A program made the position numbers and the translations under genes. The notes beneath the pieces are model-generated. The model saw only the letters and a program-made list of their open reading frames with translations. It searched no databases and was not told where the DNA came from. Shown one piece after another: positions 22,335 through 35,800 of a DNA stretch of 64,000 bases. Origin of the DNA: Marsupella aquatica (Eukaryota > Plantae > Marchantiophyta); contig OZ316893.1 in NCBI GenBank assembly GCA_973895155.1, positions 2,624,430 through 2,688,429 of the forward strand, in the 5' to 3' direction. The stretch's first letter is position 1. Every line of letters starts with the position of its first letter.

Positions 22335-24761
22335 TTAGTGCCTCAAATCGCGGGCTCCTGATTCAACGTCTTGCGCTGGTCCATTCTTCAAGGCAGGATC
22401 GTCTTCCCCAACTGCTTGACGAGTTGGTCCAGTTGGTACACTTGAATGAGCCTCAGTTCCAGGGATGTATTTGTGTGCAAACCCAGCTGTTGCACACCAA
22501 AGGTTGTAAGTTAGATCCAGACAAGACCCTGCCTATCATTTGTCAAACTTACAAGCCACACTTTACTGCCACAGTCTGTAAATTGACAAACCTTTCTACT
22601 CATAGTATTGCAATTGTCTCTCAATAGTGCAATGCTGTGTACGGCAAAATATAAATGTCTAGAGAACACGCTGAACATGTGTAAACTCACCGTTGTCTGC
22701 GTAAAGGCTGGGAAAATGTGTTCGGTAGGTGAAGTAAGCCACGATGAGCCCTGCAAAATGAAGGATCGTAACTTTAATAAACTATAGATCTACGATACAG
22801 ACCCCTAATACTTTAAATCATCCTTCCTTTTCCACCAACCACAAGGAAAGTCACTTCTTGTGAAGGCAAAGTGAATGATTTCCGTGTGAGCAGTCATCTT
22901 CCAACAAATTTCAAGCAAGTGAAGGAACAGAGCGAGCGTTTAACTGAGTCCATTCACATCAGGGAAAGATTTGGCGACCAACCTAAAAATGCACCAAAAA
23001 TGCAATCCCACCATCGGTGCTGATAATTGTCCACTCGAGAGACAGCAACTAGAGTGGCACACAGTAAAGGAAGAAACACAATCACCACCCTGGAGGTCCA
23101 GCCTCTCTTGTCGAAGACTCCAAGTTTTCCCATCAGGTACAAAGATAAGTAACCAAGCCCGGCGAAGGACCCTGCATACCGTCACCATACAAGGATAAAT
23201 TTTTCGAAAGCAAGCCAAACTTTAGATAGCAGTCCGCAGTCGACGATGACAGGCCGTCGAGGCTTTCGAAAAATTTAGGGTTGCAATCGAGATCCCTATA
23301 TAAATGCCATAAGCATTTTTTGGGAACGGTCGACATTGTACGATAGATCAAAAAAAGGGATTGAAAACCACGAGTCGCCATGCTAACAAAAACTCAAGAA
23401 AATAGAACACACTGATGAGGATGAACAAATTAAAAAGGGATTGAAAGAAATGAATATACGTACATGATGCATGCCCACTTGGGAAACTTTTATATCCATC
23501 TCTAATGTCAGCGGTAGAGCCGTGACAAATTACTCGTTGTGTGATAGGCTCATAATTCTGCAAGAAGACAAGTTTTAGAAGATGATCAACCAACACTACT
23601 GAAGTTGATTCTCGTGCGTGTGAACTGCAGTCTTCTGTACTCTACCCCTCATCCTGTCTCTAGAAAACAAATAAAACCCAATGCCTACAAGCACTTGACA
23701 ATACCAATCTTCTTGTTTCTGAGCGTACAAAGGAGATCTTGCATTATAAATGCAAGAAACGTCTCGTGAAAGGGCATCCCGGGATCGATGAGTATATGTA
23801 CCTCTTTAAGGTCTGGAAAGCACCTCAAGAAGAAATCTGGCCGGGGCATTCCCACGGTATTTTTTATGGAATCAGTTAAGAGAGCTGTGAGTGCGATAGC
23901 GGTTGCCAGACCTGCACGAGAAAACATCATACGCCTTCAATTCCTCCTCACATAATCAACGCTGATGAAGCTCAGCCAATAAAAAGTAACTTAGTAGTTA
24001 TCTCAATACTGAGATGCGACCGCAGACTCTTTACTTCATATTTGGAGTTAAGAACAGGACTATACCCTCGAATCAAAGAGAATTGCAGAATCGAATTGCT
24101 TCTTATATCAAACAGAGAAATGTATAACCTCTATAGTTACATAGAAGAAAAGCACGCAGATCACCTTGTGGAAACGAAAGACTTCACCGAAACAGAAAAC
24201 TTACCAAGAAATGCACTATGAAAATCTCTTACGCTTCTCCTTCTAAGGAAGAAGACCAAAAACCCCGCGAGAGGAGCAAGAACCGCGATTAGCTGCTCAC
24301 ATGAATTACGAAGGCAAAGGTCAGTGATCCCTCTCAGCTCACTGGTGTAAACATGGCTGAAGCTTCCTTCTTATCCTAAAAGTCTTCTTAGCACAATTGC
24401 ATACTGATTGAAAGAGAATCATGAAGAGAATTGCCTTGATATTCTTACAGAAAACTATTTAGGAAAGAGAACGAATCGAAGCAAGTCCAACTCACCAACA
24501 CAGTCCAGGTGGGAACGGTCGTTTTTTCCCTTGGGTATCTGTAGTCGTTAATATTAAATTGCCCCACGAAACGATGAAAAGGTGGAATCACAACGTAGAC
24601 AATTATCTCCACAATAGCAACGACAACAACCATTAACCAATCCCGGAAGTGGTGCTTGAGCAACTTTCCGAAGCCGATGTCATGCTGGCCTTCTGCAACG
24701 GAGGTACCAGGATTCCCCGGTCTATCTCTCAATGGAGTGTTGTAGCCATCCGCACTCGTCA
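22335..24761 (-). CDS. LPP: Lipid phosphate phosphatase (PAP2/LPP family), multi-exon
   Basis: GT-AG exons 24761-24496, 24292-24205, 23911-23802, 23557-23464, 23171-22983, 22750-22691 and 22528-22335 splice in frame. Intact motifs KNTVGMPRP (K-X6-RP), SFPSGH and [12 protein letters not shown] (SR-X5-H-X3-D); C-terminus [11 protein letters not shown]. The start codon is probably completed by an upstream exon ending at 26604. Confidence 0.9.
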
Positions 24762-26740
24762 CTGAATTTCAGACAGACACAATGTATCATCACACAAATC
24801 ATACAAGCTTCAAACAAAATCATTTAGTGGCACAAATTTAGTTCATTGTCGAACTTCCAGGGTCAAAGTCTACACGTGATTCCCGACCAAGCTCAATAAT
24901 TTTTCCCGATTAAGAGACCAAATAAGTTACTCTTCAGTTTCTTTTGACATTATTCTGGCTAGTGAACAGAGCGAAAGGACTACTTCAGCGTTTACAGACT
25001 AGACCAACTAGAAGATTCTGGAAGCGCTCCCTATGTAAATGGCAATAATTCTCGATTGCAATTAGCCAAACTTCTCACTCTTCTCCATGTGCAGATAAGT
25101 TTTGATTCCTCATAATGGCTAATATCTCTCCAAGGTCGTGCAAAGCTTTCAATGTAGCGTGTCTTAACAAAATAGAATCCTCTGATGAGATCTGTAATAC
25201 GCCTGTCAATTGCATCTGTAGACTCTGCAATTACGAAGAACACAGATCATTTTGGGTTGAATTACTCTACACCTCGGCATGTTCCAAACTGACTTGTTAG
25301 ACGCATTCGCACAATACTGCAGAACGCGTTTAGCACGTAAAGGATGTTCTCCAAGAAGAGTTCAGCCATTGTAGACCCGTCTCGAGTACCGTGCCAATCA
25401 AGAAATTTTGGAACTTCCCCATCACCGAACATACTCCCCTGTCAGACCCTGAGCTTCTGCCATGTAGACTTTGGATCAATCCCCCTAACCTGTTTGCCGT
25501 CGCTCTGTGGAGACAATCCTTGATGTTTCTCGAATTTATGGACAAGAAATTCGATCGCAATTTTTCGCCAGAACTTTTCTTCATCTTTCAAGCTTGTTCT
25601 TAAATCATGCGCCGCCGTTCTCTGGACATTTACATTACCACCCTACCTTCACAGTCTCATGTCCCTTATAATCGAGGAGTCCCAGAGAATTGAGCTCTAT
25701 CGACTGAACATGAAGACGACAGTTGGAACGGGGAGGACAGAACTGAGGCCTACCTGGCAGAGTATCTTTATCTCCACGCCCCATGGATGCAGTCGAATGA
25801 TCCACACTAGTCACAAACGTTCCAAGATTTCGCCTAAGAAATTGACACTCATCAGAGTTCCTCGCAAGGCAAAGTGCAGTGCAGTCAATCAGCCACCTTC
25901 CAATCCGTCAATCCTGGCTCCGTCGCCGCACCACCAACCAACCAACCCCAAAACTTCAACGTCTGCTCCGTGGCTCCCAATTCCTCCTCCTAAGTCGTCA
26001 GTACTGTGGTATGGAGCTAATGACAGCACCAGCCCGCACTCGCAACTCCCCAGCACCTCGGCTCGTGCACAATCAACCCCGCCCAGCTACACTGCCTTCC
26101 TTGGTTCCGTCCGCTTCCCTGCCCAAACCAGAATCCCAACTCCCTGCTCGAGTCTGAATCAATCCCGAGCTCCAGACCCAACAATCTCCTGCAAGGCGAG
26201 GAGAACCGAAACCAGAGCCAGCATTCTCTTTATCAACCAACAGCAGAGCAACCGAGATCGAGAATTCCACGGTAACACATTGGGAGGGAGGGACGGACGG
26301 GGCGCTCGTCTGCTAGCTGCCAGCCTGCTACGTGTGCATGAACGAGAATCACCACCGCACTCGATCACAGCTGCATTCCATCATTCTCTTCAGCAAGAAG
26401 AAACGCGACATTCGCCTAGTCCAGTAGTCTCCTCCCCGAGCTGACCCCCAACGGATCCTTTCCTCCCCTGTCCAGTGTCCACCACACCCGAACGGTACCG
26501 TGACCGTTGCCCTCATCCTCCCCCGCACTATGGACACCCCCCCCCGGCCCCAACTGCCCAAGGCCCAAGGCCCAAGGCCTCTAGAAGGTCGGAAAGTACT
26601 CACTACTCAAGGTGTGAGGGGCTGCAAGTTCCGGCTACCGATCTCGCGTTGCGGCCAAGGGTCCGGGTAACCGGCCGCAACCTCAGGCAGGGTGAGAACG
26701 CAGGTCGCGTCCATTTCGGGACAAGGGTCGCGCTGTCGTT

Positions 26741-26748
26741 CTTTTATA
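26741..26748 (-). promoter_or_regulatory. Candidate TATA box (TATAAAAG) of the LPP gene
   Basis: Minus-strand TATAAAAG in GC-rich context ~140 nt upstream of a strong GTGAGT donor at 26603. Confidence 0.45.
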
Positions 26749-27436
26749 CGCGCATGCGAACCGCTCTGGCAGAGTCGACGTCGCTTTCCGGGTGGCACGG
26801 CACCCCGATGCCACGCGGCACGGAGGATTGCAGCACCGCCACTTCCGCTTCCGTACGGAGTTTGCAAGATCCAGTACGGTAAAGGACAGCATTGCGTTTC
26901 CGAGTACAGTAGTAGTGTTACCGTAGTCGGCCTCACTCTGATGTCACTACAAACGAACGTTTCCGTTGGCGATTTTTGTTTTGCGTTCTCCTTTTTAGGA
27001 ATGTAGCTTGGATGGACCACTTTTATTTAGCGTTACACGCAGATGGACTAAGTTACTGTTGCGGAGAAAAGCATGATTTGTTGCGGAGAAAAGCATGATT
27101 TGTTGCGGTTCAATAAATCTTGGTAGACCCGACAAAACTGTGAATAAATTACATTCTATATTCTTGGCATCGAGATTGTTTTTATCTGTGAGTACTTGTC
27201 GAGATTGTTTTCATGTGAAAGTACTTGTGTGAAGGCTTGTGAGACAAAAGTGAAGAAGACTCGTGTGCTATTGCATGTTGCATGCACCCAGAACCATGCA
27301 ACCCAGATGAACCAAGTTCACCCGTGATTTTAGTAAAAACTTTTGTCTATTTTCTCTGTTGTATTTTAATTTTATAGACGACAGTTTTCCATAATGTCTC
27401 CGTTCTTCTGAAAGAGTATTAGAGGAAGTGCCACAA

Positions 27437-27660
27437 ATAATATATCACACTGCCCAAGGGCAAAAAATTACAAATCTTGAGACAAGATCCCAAAGGCAAA
27501 GCAACCCAACAAAATACAGGAAAGAAGGCAAGGGCCCCAAGAAAACAAGCCAAGGGTCTCTAACCAAAAGCCCATAAAGGAACAAAAACAAAAAATAACC
27601 TACAAAGGAGCCATAAAGGCTAGCACCCTCCAAATCTAGAAAACTGTACAAGAAAAAAGT
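27437..27660 (-). mobile_element. Dispersed LINE-like 3'-end fragment
   Basis: ATATATCACACTGCCCAAGGGCAAAA...GAGACAAGATCCCAAAGGCAAA...GGCCCCAAGAAAACAAGCCAAGGG, similar to the other copies. Confidence 0.55.
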
Positions 27661-28522
27661 TTACAAAGATTGTGTCACGAAAAAGAGAATGTATGTATGG
27701 CTGAATATTCTCCCTTTTCAACTTGTTGCAGGTTTTCCAACCAATGGCATGCCAACAAATCGTTGCATGGCCCTTTAATGGTTTTTGTCCATTTATTGTC
27801 TGTTCTCAAAAAATCACTCAAGTTTTCACCTTAGTGTCCTTGTTATAAGAATTGTCACAATAAAGCCACCCACCACTCGATACGGCCCTCATTTTTTGGG
27901 GTCATTATATCTCACACTCTAGTTTTCACTCATGTTAGTGTCCTACTTATAAGAATTGTCAGAATAAATCCCCTCAACACTCGCTACGGTCCCCAGTTTT
28001 GGGGGGCATTATATCCCTCACAATGCCCTTTACCGGGGACATTATACTATTTGTAAAGGATCAAGTGTCACAAATAAAAGGAAATATCCATGCATCCACG
28101 GCATAAAGTAGATATCCAAGGCATGATTAAATTAGAGTCATACCTTTGCTTGGTGCCTCATCCCCATTAAACCCACACATGCAGACACATTCAGGCATCT
28201 GCTGAACTATTTGGTTGGATTTTCTTTTCTTTTCGTTTTAATTTACTTTTAAAAATAAGGTATACACTGAAGAGTCAGTGTTTAACATACTTTCAATGGT
28301 CGTAACATTCATATGACAAAATTCTTGCAAGGTTTTCACAAGGACCCCATAATATTTTGCTAGTCTGGCCCAAAACTTACTATTTTTTTATTGGACTATC
28401 CAGGACGGCTCCATGGTAGTCCAGTTTGAAATTGGGACCTTATTCCAAAGATTTAGTTGGAGCGGAGAAATGAAAGAGCCGGTCAAGAGACAGATCCCGC
28501 TCTGAGAAACCTTGAAGTTCAG

Positions 28523-28980
28523 GACTACTAGAAAGATGGTGGTTTTGTGACTAGCTTTGAGTACTCAATTCACCTATTCAGCCTGTCTCAAGTAAAGACA
28601 CAGTTTCTTATTCATTGTGACTGAATCGACAAATTACATGATTGACTGCACTTAAGATTTCCATTGTGACTACACATGACTCAGTTGTACATGCCAGGTT
28701 GAGCAGATTTAGGGGCGTGGTCACACAAATGACTGAAACACAGTCATGTATATGACTCAAAAACTGGCTTGGTTTAGTGGTGGAAAGTGATAAATAATAA
28801 AACTTTGTCACTTTTTCATGACTCAAAAGAGGTCAATTTAGGGTGACTTCTGTGACTTATCATGACTAGTTTGTCATGAAAGTCACTCCTGGAGCAAGGC
28901 TGAAAGTGGATGACATGTAGCTTTTGTGTCAAGATATTATTAATGAGGTATTTTTGCGACTATCATTATTTCTGGTAGTG
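28523..28980. mobile_element. Degenerate non-autonomous CACTA-like element
   Basis: Left (G)ACTACTAGAAA, right TTTCTGGTAGTG, many internal GTCA/TGAC motifs in both orientations. No clean 3-bp TSD. Confidence 0.45.
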
Positions 28981-29137
28981 TCGAAACCCCACTATACATG
29001 ACTACTTGGTCGTAACTTTGACTAGGCAAATTGTCTTTTTAGCGAGTAGTATCTATACAACAAGTCGCAGAGATCTCCTGACATGACCTTCTACTCATCT
29101 TATTGAACAATGGCCACCCAATTCCCCACTCAAGTTG

Positions 29138-29842
29138 TAAAATTGATCACTCAGTGTACATAGAATACAGCTAGAGCTTTGCTCAAAAACAAGTTTTGAA
29201 CTTGATGGGGGATTTGAAATTCTGAGATAAAGGGTGAAGTTTGCAAAAATTAGAATAGTTAAAGTTTGTCTCATAACCTCCTGTGAATGAAGAATGGCTT
29301 GTTTGGGGAACCCCACATTGCATGTAACCTCTGGAAATCATTCCACGGGTCCAACTTTAAGTGAATAAACAATGATAATAACAATAAAACAATACCTCAA
29401 CTCTACCTTAAGCCAAGCTAACCCAATGCCAGCTAAGTCGAAAGGGTGAAGCAAAAATGTTAAATCAATTCAAATCATTGCAATGTCTCATTTCATCCCT
29501 ATTTTTCTCAACCAAATGGGCTGGAAATTTGGTAAGAGAGAGAAAAAAGCAAGGGGAATCTGTGGTTCTTTGAGCTCAAACAAAGTTCCAAATTACAGAG
29601 TTACAAATTATAAAATTTGGTTTACATAAATTAATTTGGTGTACATAAATTTAAAGCAACAAGTCTACAATGCTTCTCTGAATGCACTCTGGCAAGATCT
29701 ACTCTAAAGCATTATGGTGAGTTTCTAATTTTTGAAAACTTCTCCCTTTATCTCAGAATTTTCCAAATCCCCCATCAAATTCAAAACTTGTTTTTGATCA
29801 AAGCTCTAGATGTATTCTATGTACACTGAGTGATCAATTTTA
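29138..29842. mobile_element. Foldback/MITE-like element with ~115-bp inverted arms
   Basis: TAAAATTGATCACTCAGTGTACATAGAATACA...AAAAATTAGAA (29138-~29255) is the reverse complement of ~29722-29842. Confidence 0.75.
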
Positions 29843-31960
29843 AAACCAGTATTGTGGACAAGGGAAACTCATTTGAGAACAAATAAAGTCTGGGCTTCAA
29901 TTCCCCATATTTTATGATTGCCATTTACAAAGCACAATTAATCAAAATCCTCAACCAAAAAAAAAGGTGCCAGTCTGCAAAACCCATTAACACAGTGAGG
30001 TACATGATTGTTCCAGAACTATAGAATAGACTCTGTGCATTTGTATCTTGGCAAGTGTTTGCCAACTGCCTACAAAGCATCAAAAGATAAAAAGGGTCTG
30101 ATATGGTGACATTTGACCTTATTTGCCCAAATTGAATTCAGGGCACTTAGACTTATTTGCCTGATCAGACAAATCTCCTCCAGATTGACAGTCGTCCTTC
30201 AATTGGGTGGCAGGGATAACAGACCCCTTGGCTGGGAGGGGAGGGTTAGTCTTTCCTTTGGGAAATACAAACAAAGTAGGTTTTTGGAATGGATGTGTAG
30301 TACTATAAAAGCTACTGTAGTAACTCAAGTTAGGTCCTAATTAGAATAGTAGTTCTTTAATGATAAGCATTCATGGTGGCCAAGCCAAGGACAAGAGTTG
30401 CAGCCCATAGAAAATTCACAATGAACACCTCCTACTCCTTTTCACAGTTACATACGCCATTGACGAAGTACACACTTACGACAAATATGCATTTGAAACC
30501 CAAAATCCTTGGATTGATTGAAAACCTATGCAACACAATTGTGTGAATATCTGTCAAAGCCATGCAAATTAGGCGCAGAACAATGTAAGAACTGGGTCAC
30601 GGGATTAGGCCTTTCCCTCCAAATCCGAAGGAGGCCATGGGATTGCCACAACTTCCTGCGAGGCAATTTGCAATTTACCAAAGTGAAATCCTCAATTCCA
30701 GTAGAAGGACTTAATCAAGAGGTTCCTGGCGTCACGGCCAAATTACAATCACGAGCTTCCTGTAGTCATAGCGGCCAAACAGCAATCACGAGCTTCCAGC
30801 AGTGACGGCCGAACATAAAAGCTTGGAAAAAGCCAACCTGCTTGGTCCGTCTGTGTGTTCAACTCTCAGAGCAAGACTAGCAAACAACATTTTTATAATC
30901 AAACGTAAATTGATGGCAATAAAGGGCTGTGTAATCAGTCTGCTAGGATATTCTCGACTCTCAAAGCTAAGACCACCAACCAACGTGATTTGTGAACAAA
31001 GCCGTCGATTAAACATAGAATGGTGGCAACAACGGTTCGTTGATCAGTACGCACAACATAGGATGCATGCAATACAGTACACAGTAAGCACCGACGTAAC
31101 TTAAGACTAATAAGTGCACAAACAAATGGCTGAACAGGGCACTTCAGGCGTTAGCCGTTGACAACATATGCATAGTTGCCAAAGTCGGACATCTGTTTGC
31201 CTCTCAGATACACTAAGAGAATTTCTTGGGCAAACAAATTGTTGAGCCACAGGGGGAATGACGAGAGTTGCAGACATTGTGGAAAAGTTGCTCCACGAAT
31301 GGCAGACGAAAAACTGTCCTCATTCAATGTTAGATTTATAAACGCTACAAGCCCTAAACGTATAATTTTATTCAACTACGATTTACAAACTGGCTTAATA
31401 TTAACCTTTCAAAGTGACTCCACCACTTACATAAAGCCGAAGTGGCTGTACCAGGGCTAACAACACGAGGCGGGATCTAAGACAACCTTACAGATCACTC
31501 ACCTGACCAAAACTTTTCTATTCAAAGGCAGTTCACCCTCCCAACACATTTCTCCCCGTTCAGTTTCCGGACATACCTTTAGTATCGATCTTAGATACTC
31601 AGAGGGAGAGGTAACATTCCAGTTAGGTCTACTGGCCACCTGCTGAGAGGAGTTCATCCTCAATGAACTTGATCTCTGCCGTTAAATGAAAGCCGTGTGA
31701 CGAATGGTTTCTCGAGAACAATGCTCGTCGAGGCCTTAAATTACTATTTCTCTCTGATCTGTTTCTAGTGGCCACTACGCGTTGAGAATACATTATGAAC
31801 ATTCTGAACTATTCAAATATTTCAGCTGCCTGTCGCAGAGAGATTGGACCTCTGTCACATATTTGATACAAGCAACAGACATACATATATATGCAGAATT
31901 CCCAATGCGTTTGGTAAACAAGCAGGGGTATGATTATCTATCACAAGCCGGAGACAAAAC

Positions 31961-33847
31961 TTAGCTGTAATCAAAAGAATCTCCATTGCCTCTCCCTCTC
32001 ATAAACCTATTTGGTAGGGTCGTCCTCCCACTAGACTTTTGTTTTCTTTCCCTCCCGTCTCCTAGGAGGCGTTGTTCCTCGTTTTGTGACTCGTGGTACT
32101 CCAGACCTTGACTCCTGGTTAGAATCCTTACTGGATGAGCCTCCGTGTTGAATACCCATTCATCCAGAGATATGACGGAGGAAGGTGAAAAGAGAAGGTA
32201 CAAATACTTCAGAGTCTCGGCCAGGAAAAAGCTCTGCATCATGTCATCCTTCTCGCCAGAATTTACATCACGGAGGCCCACATATCCTGTCGGAACACGT
32301 GAGTAACTTTCAAATGCCTCAAAAATGTCCCAAGCCCAATCTCTGTACTTCAAGTCACCAGTCTTTCGCCAAAGATAGAAAAGTGATTCAATCGTCTCAG
32401 GCCTCAAGATATTGTAAGATGTCCCAACAGACATATCCCGACCTTCCGTAAAGTGGTAATTCTCTCCGGCTAGATGGGTACGTGTTGACATGTAGAAATT
32501 GTAACACGTTGTGGCGACACCTTCTGCAATTTCCAAGTATTCCTTCGCCTTGGCAGGGCTTGCACCATCTGCCCCAAGTGTAAGCATTCCCGGAGCGAAA
32601 CAAGCCAATTCATCCATCTTGTCAATGATGGTACCACCATTTCGCTCTGCAATATACACGTATGATGAAGGATTCGATTTTTTCACCAACGTTATCAAAC
32701 CTTCCATTGACTGCTCCCACATATCTCTGTAGTGCTTGACAACATCTGTCTTATTGCCCTGTATCCAAACCTTCAGCAAATACTCATAGAAACTATCACC
32801 CATAGCTCCAAATGTAATCTTCTGGTTTGTGGGTCGCCCAGATTGGGAGCTGATGTAGATGGGGAGCAGACCATCATCAGGATAAATCTGCCTCATCTTC
32901 AAGACAACTTTCTCAACCTTTTCTCCATATTTGGGTATTCCAGTCCTTTGAGACAATGCGATGAACTCAATCTGCTCTGTTCCAAGATCAGCCAACAGAT
33001 TTGCTCCTCCAGTCCAATGAGGGTTGCTCGCAGTTCCAGAAGCCAGGTCAATGTTATTGAGAGGAATGCCAGTTTCCGTATTCCAAGCCGGCAGAAGCCT
33101 ATCAGCCAAATCCTGTGCCTTGGTGAGGAATATCTTCTTCCCTGACAAGTCATAGGAACTGAGCAAGCCTCCAAGGACCCTGATGGTCGTTTCAAACACA
33201 CTGGCACCATAGTGCTTGTCAAAATCCAAATTGGTTGTCACCCATTCTGTAGCCTTGTCAAACTCGTCATGTAACCCCATGATGTACAGCGTGTCCAATG
33301 AATCTATGATACTGGCACCCAAACCTCCAAAATTGTTAACGCCTCTCTGAGACATGGGCATCAATTCGTCATATCCCCAGGCGTATTTCTCATACGAGCT
33401 CCAGGCGTGAATCATGGCCGCCCTGACTTTGTCCCTTCTCTCCCTCGTAATTGGATCAGGATCAGCTGGGGCATCCTTCGATCCATCTAAAGCATCATGA
33501 CGATCCAGAATTGGGGCATGGCGGCCGTCCTCTGTGGCCAGTTCTTCCCTGTCCCCTACTTCAATCTCGTCATCAAAATCGTGGGTGTCCTTCCCATCTG
33601 AATCTGACAACTCTCCACCCTTACCGCCCAAACTCTGCTCTAGCTCCTGTACCTCCTGCAGGAGCCTGCCCTTCTCTTCCACGAGTTTGGCGACCTCCGC
33701 CTCTTGCCGGAGGACGAGACCATGCCGATCCCAAAACAGAATGCTGCCCGCAGCAAAAAGCAGAAACCAGATTGCGATCCTGCTCGGCTTCCTGAGGATG
33801 TACGACACACTCAGGTACCTCATCCGCGAGCTCTGTGGCCGTGCCAT
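31961..33847 (-). CDS. MNS1: Golgi class I alpha-1,2-mannosidase (GH47, MNS1/MNS2-like), intronless
   Basis: Type II membrane anchor plus coiled-coil stem. GH47 motifs [80 protein letters not shown]. Confidence 0.96.
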   Translation of the reverse strand: MARPQSSRMRYLSVSYILRKPSRIAIWFLLFAAGSILFWDRHGLVLRQEAEVAKLVEEKGRLLQEVQELEQSLGGKGGELSDSDGKDTHDFDDEIEVGDREELATEDGRHAPILDRHDALDGSKDAPADPDPITRERRDKVRAAMIHAWSSYEKYAWGYDELMPMSQRGVNNFGGLGASIIDSLDTLYIMGLHDEFDKATEWVTTNLDFDKHYGASVFETTIRVLGGLLSSYDLSGKKIFLTKAQDLADRLLPAWNTETGIPLNNIDLASGTASNPHWTGGANLLADLGTEQIEFIALSQRTGIPKYGEKVEKVVLKMRQIYPDDGLLPIYISSQSGRPTNQKITFGAMGDSFYEYLLKVWIQGNKTDVVKHYRDMWEQSMEGLITLVKKSNPSSYVYIAERNGGTIIDKMDELACFAPGMLTLGADGASPAKAKEYLEIAEGVATTCYNFYMSTRTHLAGENYHFTEGRDMSVGTSYNILRPETIESLFYLWRKTGDLKYRDWAWDIFEAFESYSRVPTGYVGLRDVNSGEKDDMMQSFFLAETLKYLYLLFSPSSVISLDEWVFNTEAHPVRILTRSQGLEYHESQNEEQRLLGDGRERKQKSSGRTTLPNRFMRGRGNGDSFDYS

Positions 33848-34989
33848 CCCGTCCTCCTCGTGCTTCCCTGCTCTGCCGTCCTGCCGGCAGACTGATCGAT
33901 CTCGTTGCGCTAGATTGTTAAGCCACAGAATTGCTCACATTTCCCTTGCCTCCGGATCGGGTCCGGTCCCTTCAGCTCTAACAACGAAATGCAGACGATA
34001 AAATGCGATTACTGCTCAAAACACGCCCTAAATCTTGAACCCACAACCAGCTCTTGACGAACCCACAACCAGCTCTTGACGAACCCACAAACAAACACAC
34101 ACACCGATCGTTCACGGAACAGACAGTGATGAAACTATATTGTCGCCGACCAACACGGACATCTCATACTCGCAGAAGAGCACCAAAATGCTTCCAGATT
34201 GACTGAATCTGTGACCAGAAACAACGCAACCGGTACAGGGCCTGAAGACCCTCCAAAACGAATGTTGGAAACAACGGCAAGCCTTAAAAGCGAAGGCAGT
34301 AAAGGGAAAAGGGCACAGAAGACCAAAACATTGAAGTCCTGCAGAAGGAAGGTGAGGGAGACTAGTGACCACTGAAGGGTGTACCTCCATCACTTGCTAC
34401 TGAAGAAGAAAAAGCCTGGTGGTCTACTGTTCTGTGATGGTCCTTCGTGGTCTTGTTCGTCACCTGGTCAAAATTTTCGGCCGTTACTCTTTGGTTTCGT
34501 GGCAGCTTTCATTATGAGGTTTGACTATGGCCTATTACGCTATTCGCTAGAAGTGTGCCGTTAGCTCTCACACAACTAAATTACTTTACTTTTTTCTAGT
34601 GCTTTCAATTTGCTCCATTTTTATTCCATTAGCCAATATCCCCTGGCCACGCACCCCATTAGCCAGAATCTACCACATAGAGTTAAGGAAGATCTGACGG
34701 AAAATTTATTTAGGAAAATTATATATGGAACATTCTTAGCATCTTTTCTCATAATAGAGAGCATTAACCACCATGGCCAAAAAGAAAATAACCTTAAAAT
34801 CTATATGCCTCACCGCATTGGAGTGATAGAATTTTATTTCATAGTTTCTCCTTTTTCTAGGTTTTTGGGTTACTTTCCATTTGCCCCTTCACCTGAAATT
34901 TACTAAAATGGTGAAACCTGGTGGATCCAGGTTTTGTCATCGCTAGTGGCGCCTTAATTATCTAATTATCTACCCACTAGCTCCATGCT

Positions 34990-35800
34990 TGTGCATTGCA
35001 CAAAAGATGTTGAGATGAGGAAAAGATGTTATGATGAAAAAAGATGTCGATGAGAAAAAATGAAGTTGAGGAGAGTAAAAGAAGTTGAGGTGAAAAAAGA
35101 TGTTGAGGTGAGGAAAGGGTGTTGAAATGAAAAAATATGTTCATAAGAAAAAAAGAAGTCGAGGTGAAGAAAAGTTGTTGGGGAGAGAAATGATGATGAA
35201 GTGAGAAAAAAGATGTAAAAATGAGGAAAGAAATGTTGAACATGAGGGAAAGATGTCGTAGTGAGATAAAGATGTCAAGGGGAGAAAATATGTCAAGTGA
35301 AGAAAAAATGTCATGGTGAGATAAAGATGTGAATGTGAGAAAAATGGTGAAATGAGAAAAAGATGTTGAAAAGCAATACATATGTGAAGATTAGAAAAAT
35401 ATCTGCATGTGAAAAGAGATGCTAAGGAGACATATAAAAGAGCTTTGCCATGTAGTTGTTGGTATTGGTGCAATTCTGGTCACACAATTGTTGTGGTTGT
35501 GTTCTGTAACTCGTGTTGCACATAAAAATTGGAGAAGCGAGATAGCGACCACCGCATCATGGAATCTAACCGGGTGACAGAAAAAAATGTGTTTTTCAAT
35601 TAAAGTTTTCAATTTTTAGAGAAATAAGCATTTTTTGTGCTTTATTTACATTCCATTTTAAAAAATAAAATTTTTATCCCCATTTTTCTAAATATAAATA
35701 CAGTTGATTATTTAAAGTTAAGTTATTATCTTGGAGGTGCAAGCAGGCTAAATTGTAGTTAGGGTAGACAATTATTTGAAATGGTGTGTATGGATAGATC
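34990..35800. repeat. Copy 1 of a non-autonomous repeat with a purine-rich ~19-20 bp degenerate array (AAAAAGATGTTGAGGTGAG-like)
   Basis: The array plus shared downstream landmarks (GCACATA.AA.TT.GAGA.GCGA..TAGC...CACCGCATCAT.GA) recur at 37220-38125. Confidence 0.7.

Noticed and set aside
25659-27020. 261-aa and other overlapping ORFs near the LPP 5' region
   Set aside because: GC-rich promoter/first-intron sequence with low-complexity translations and no domain.
32185-34001. Plus-strand ORFs over the mannosidase and minus-strand ORFs over FtsH and plus-strand over H2A.Z
   Set aside because: Antisense shadows of real coding sequence.
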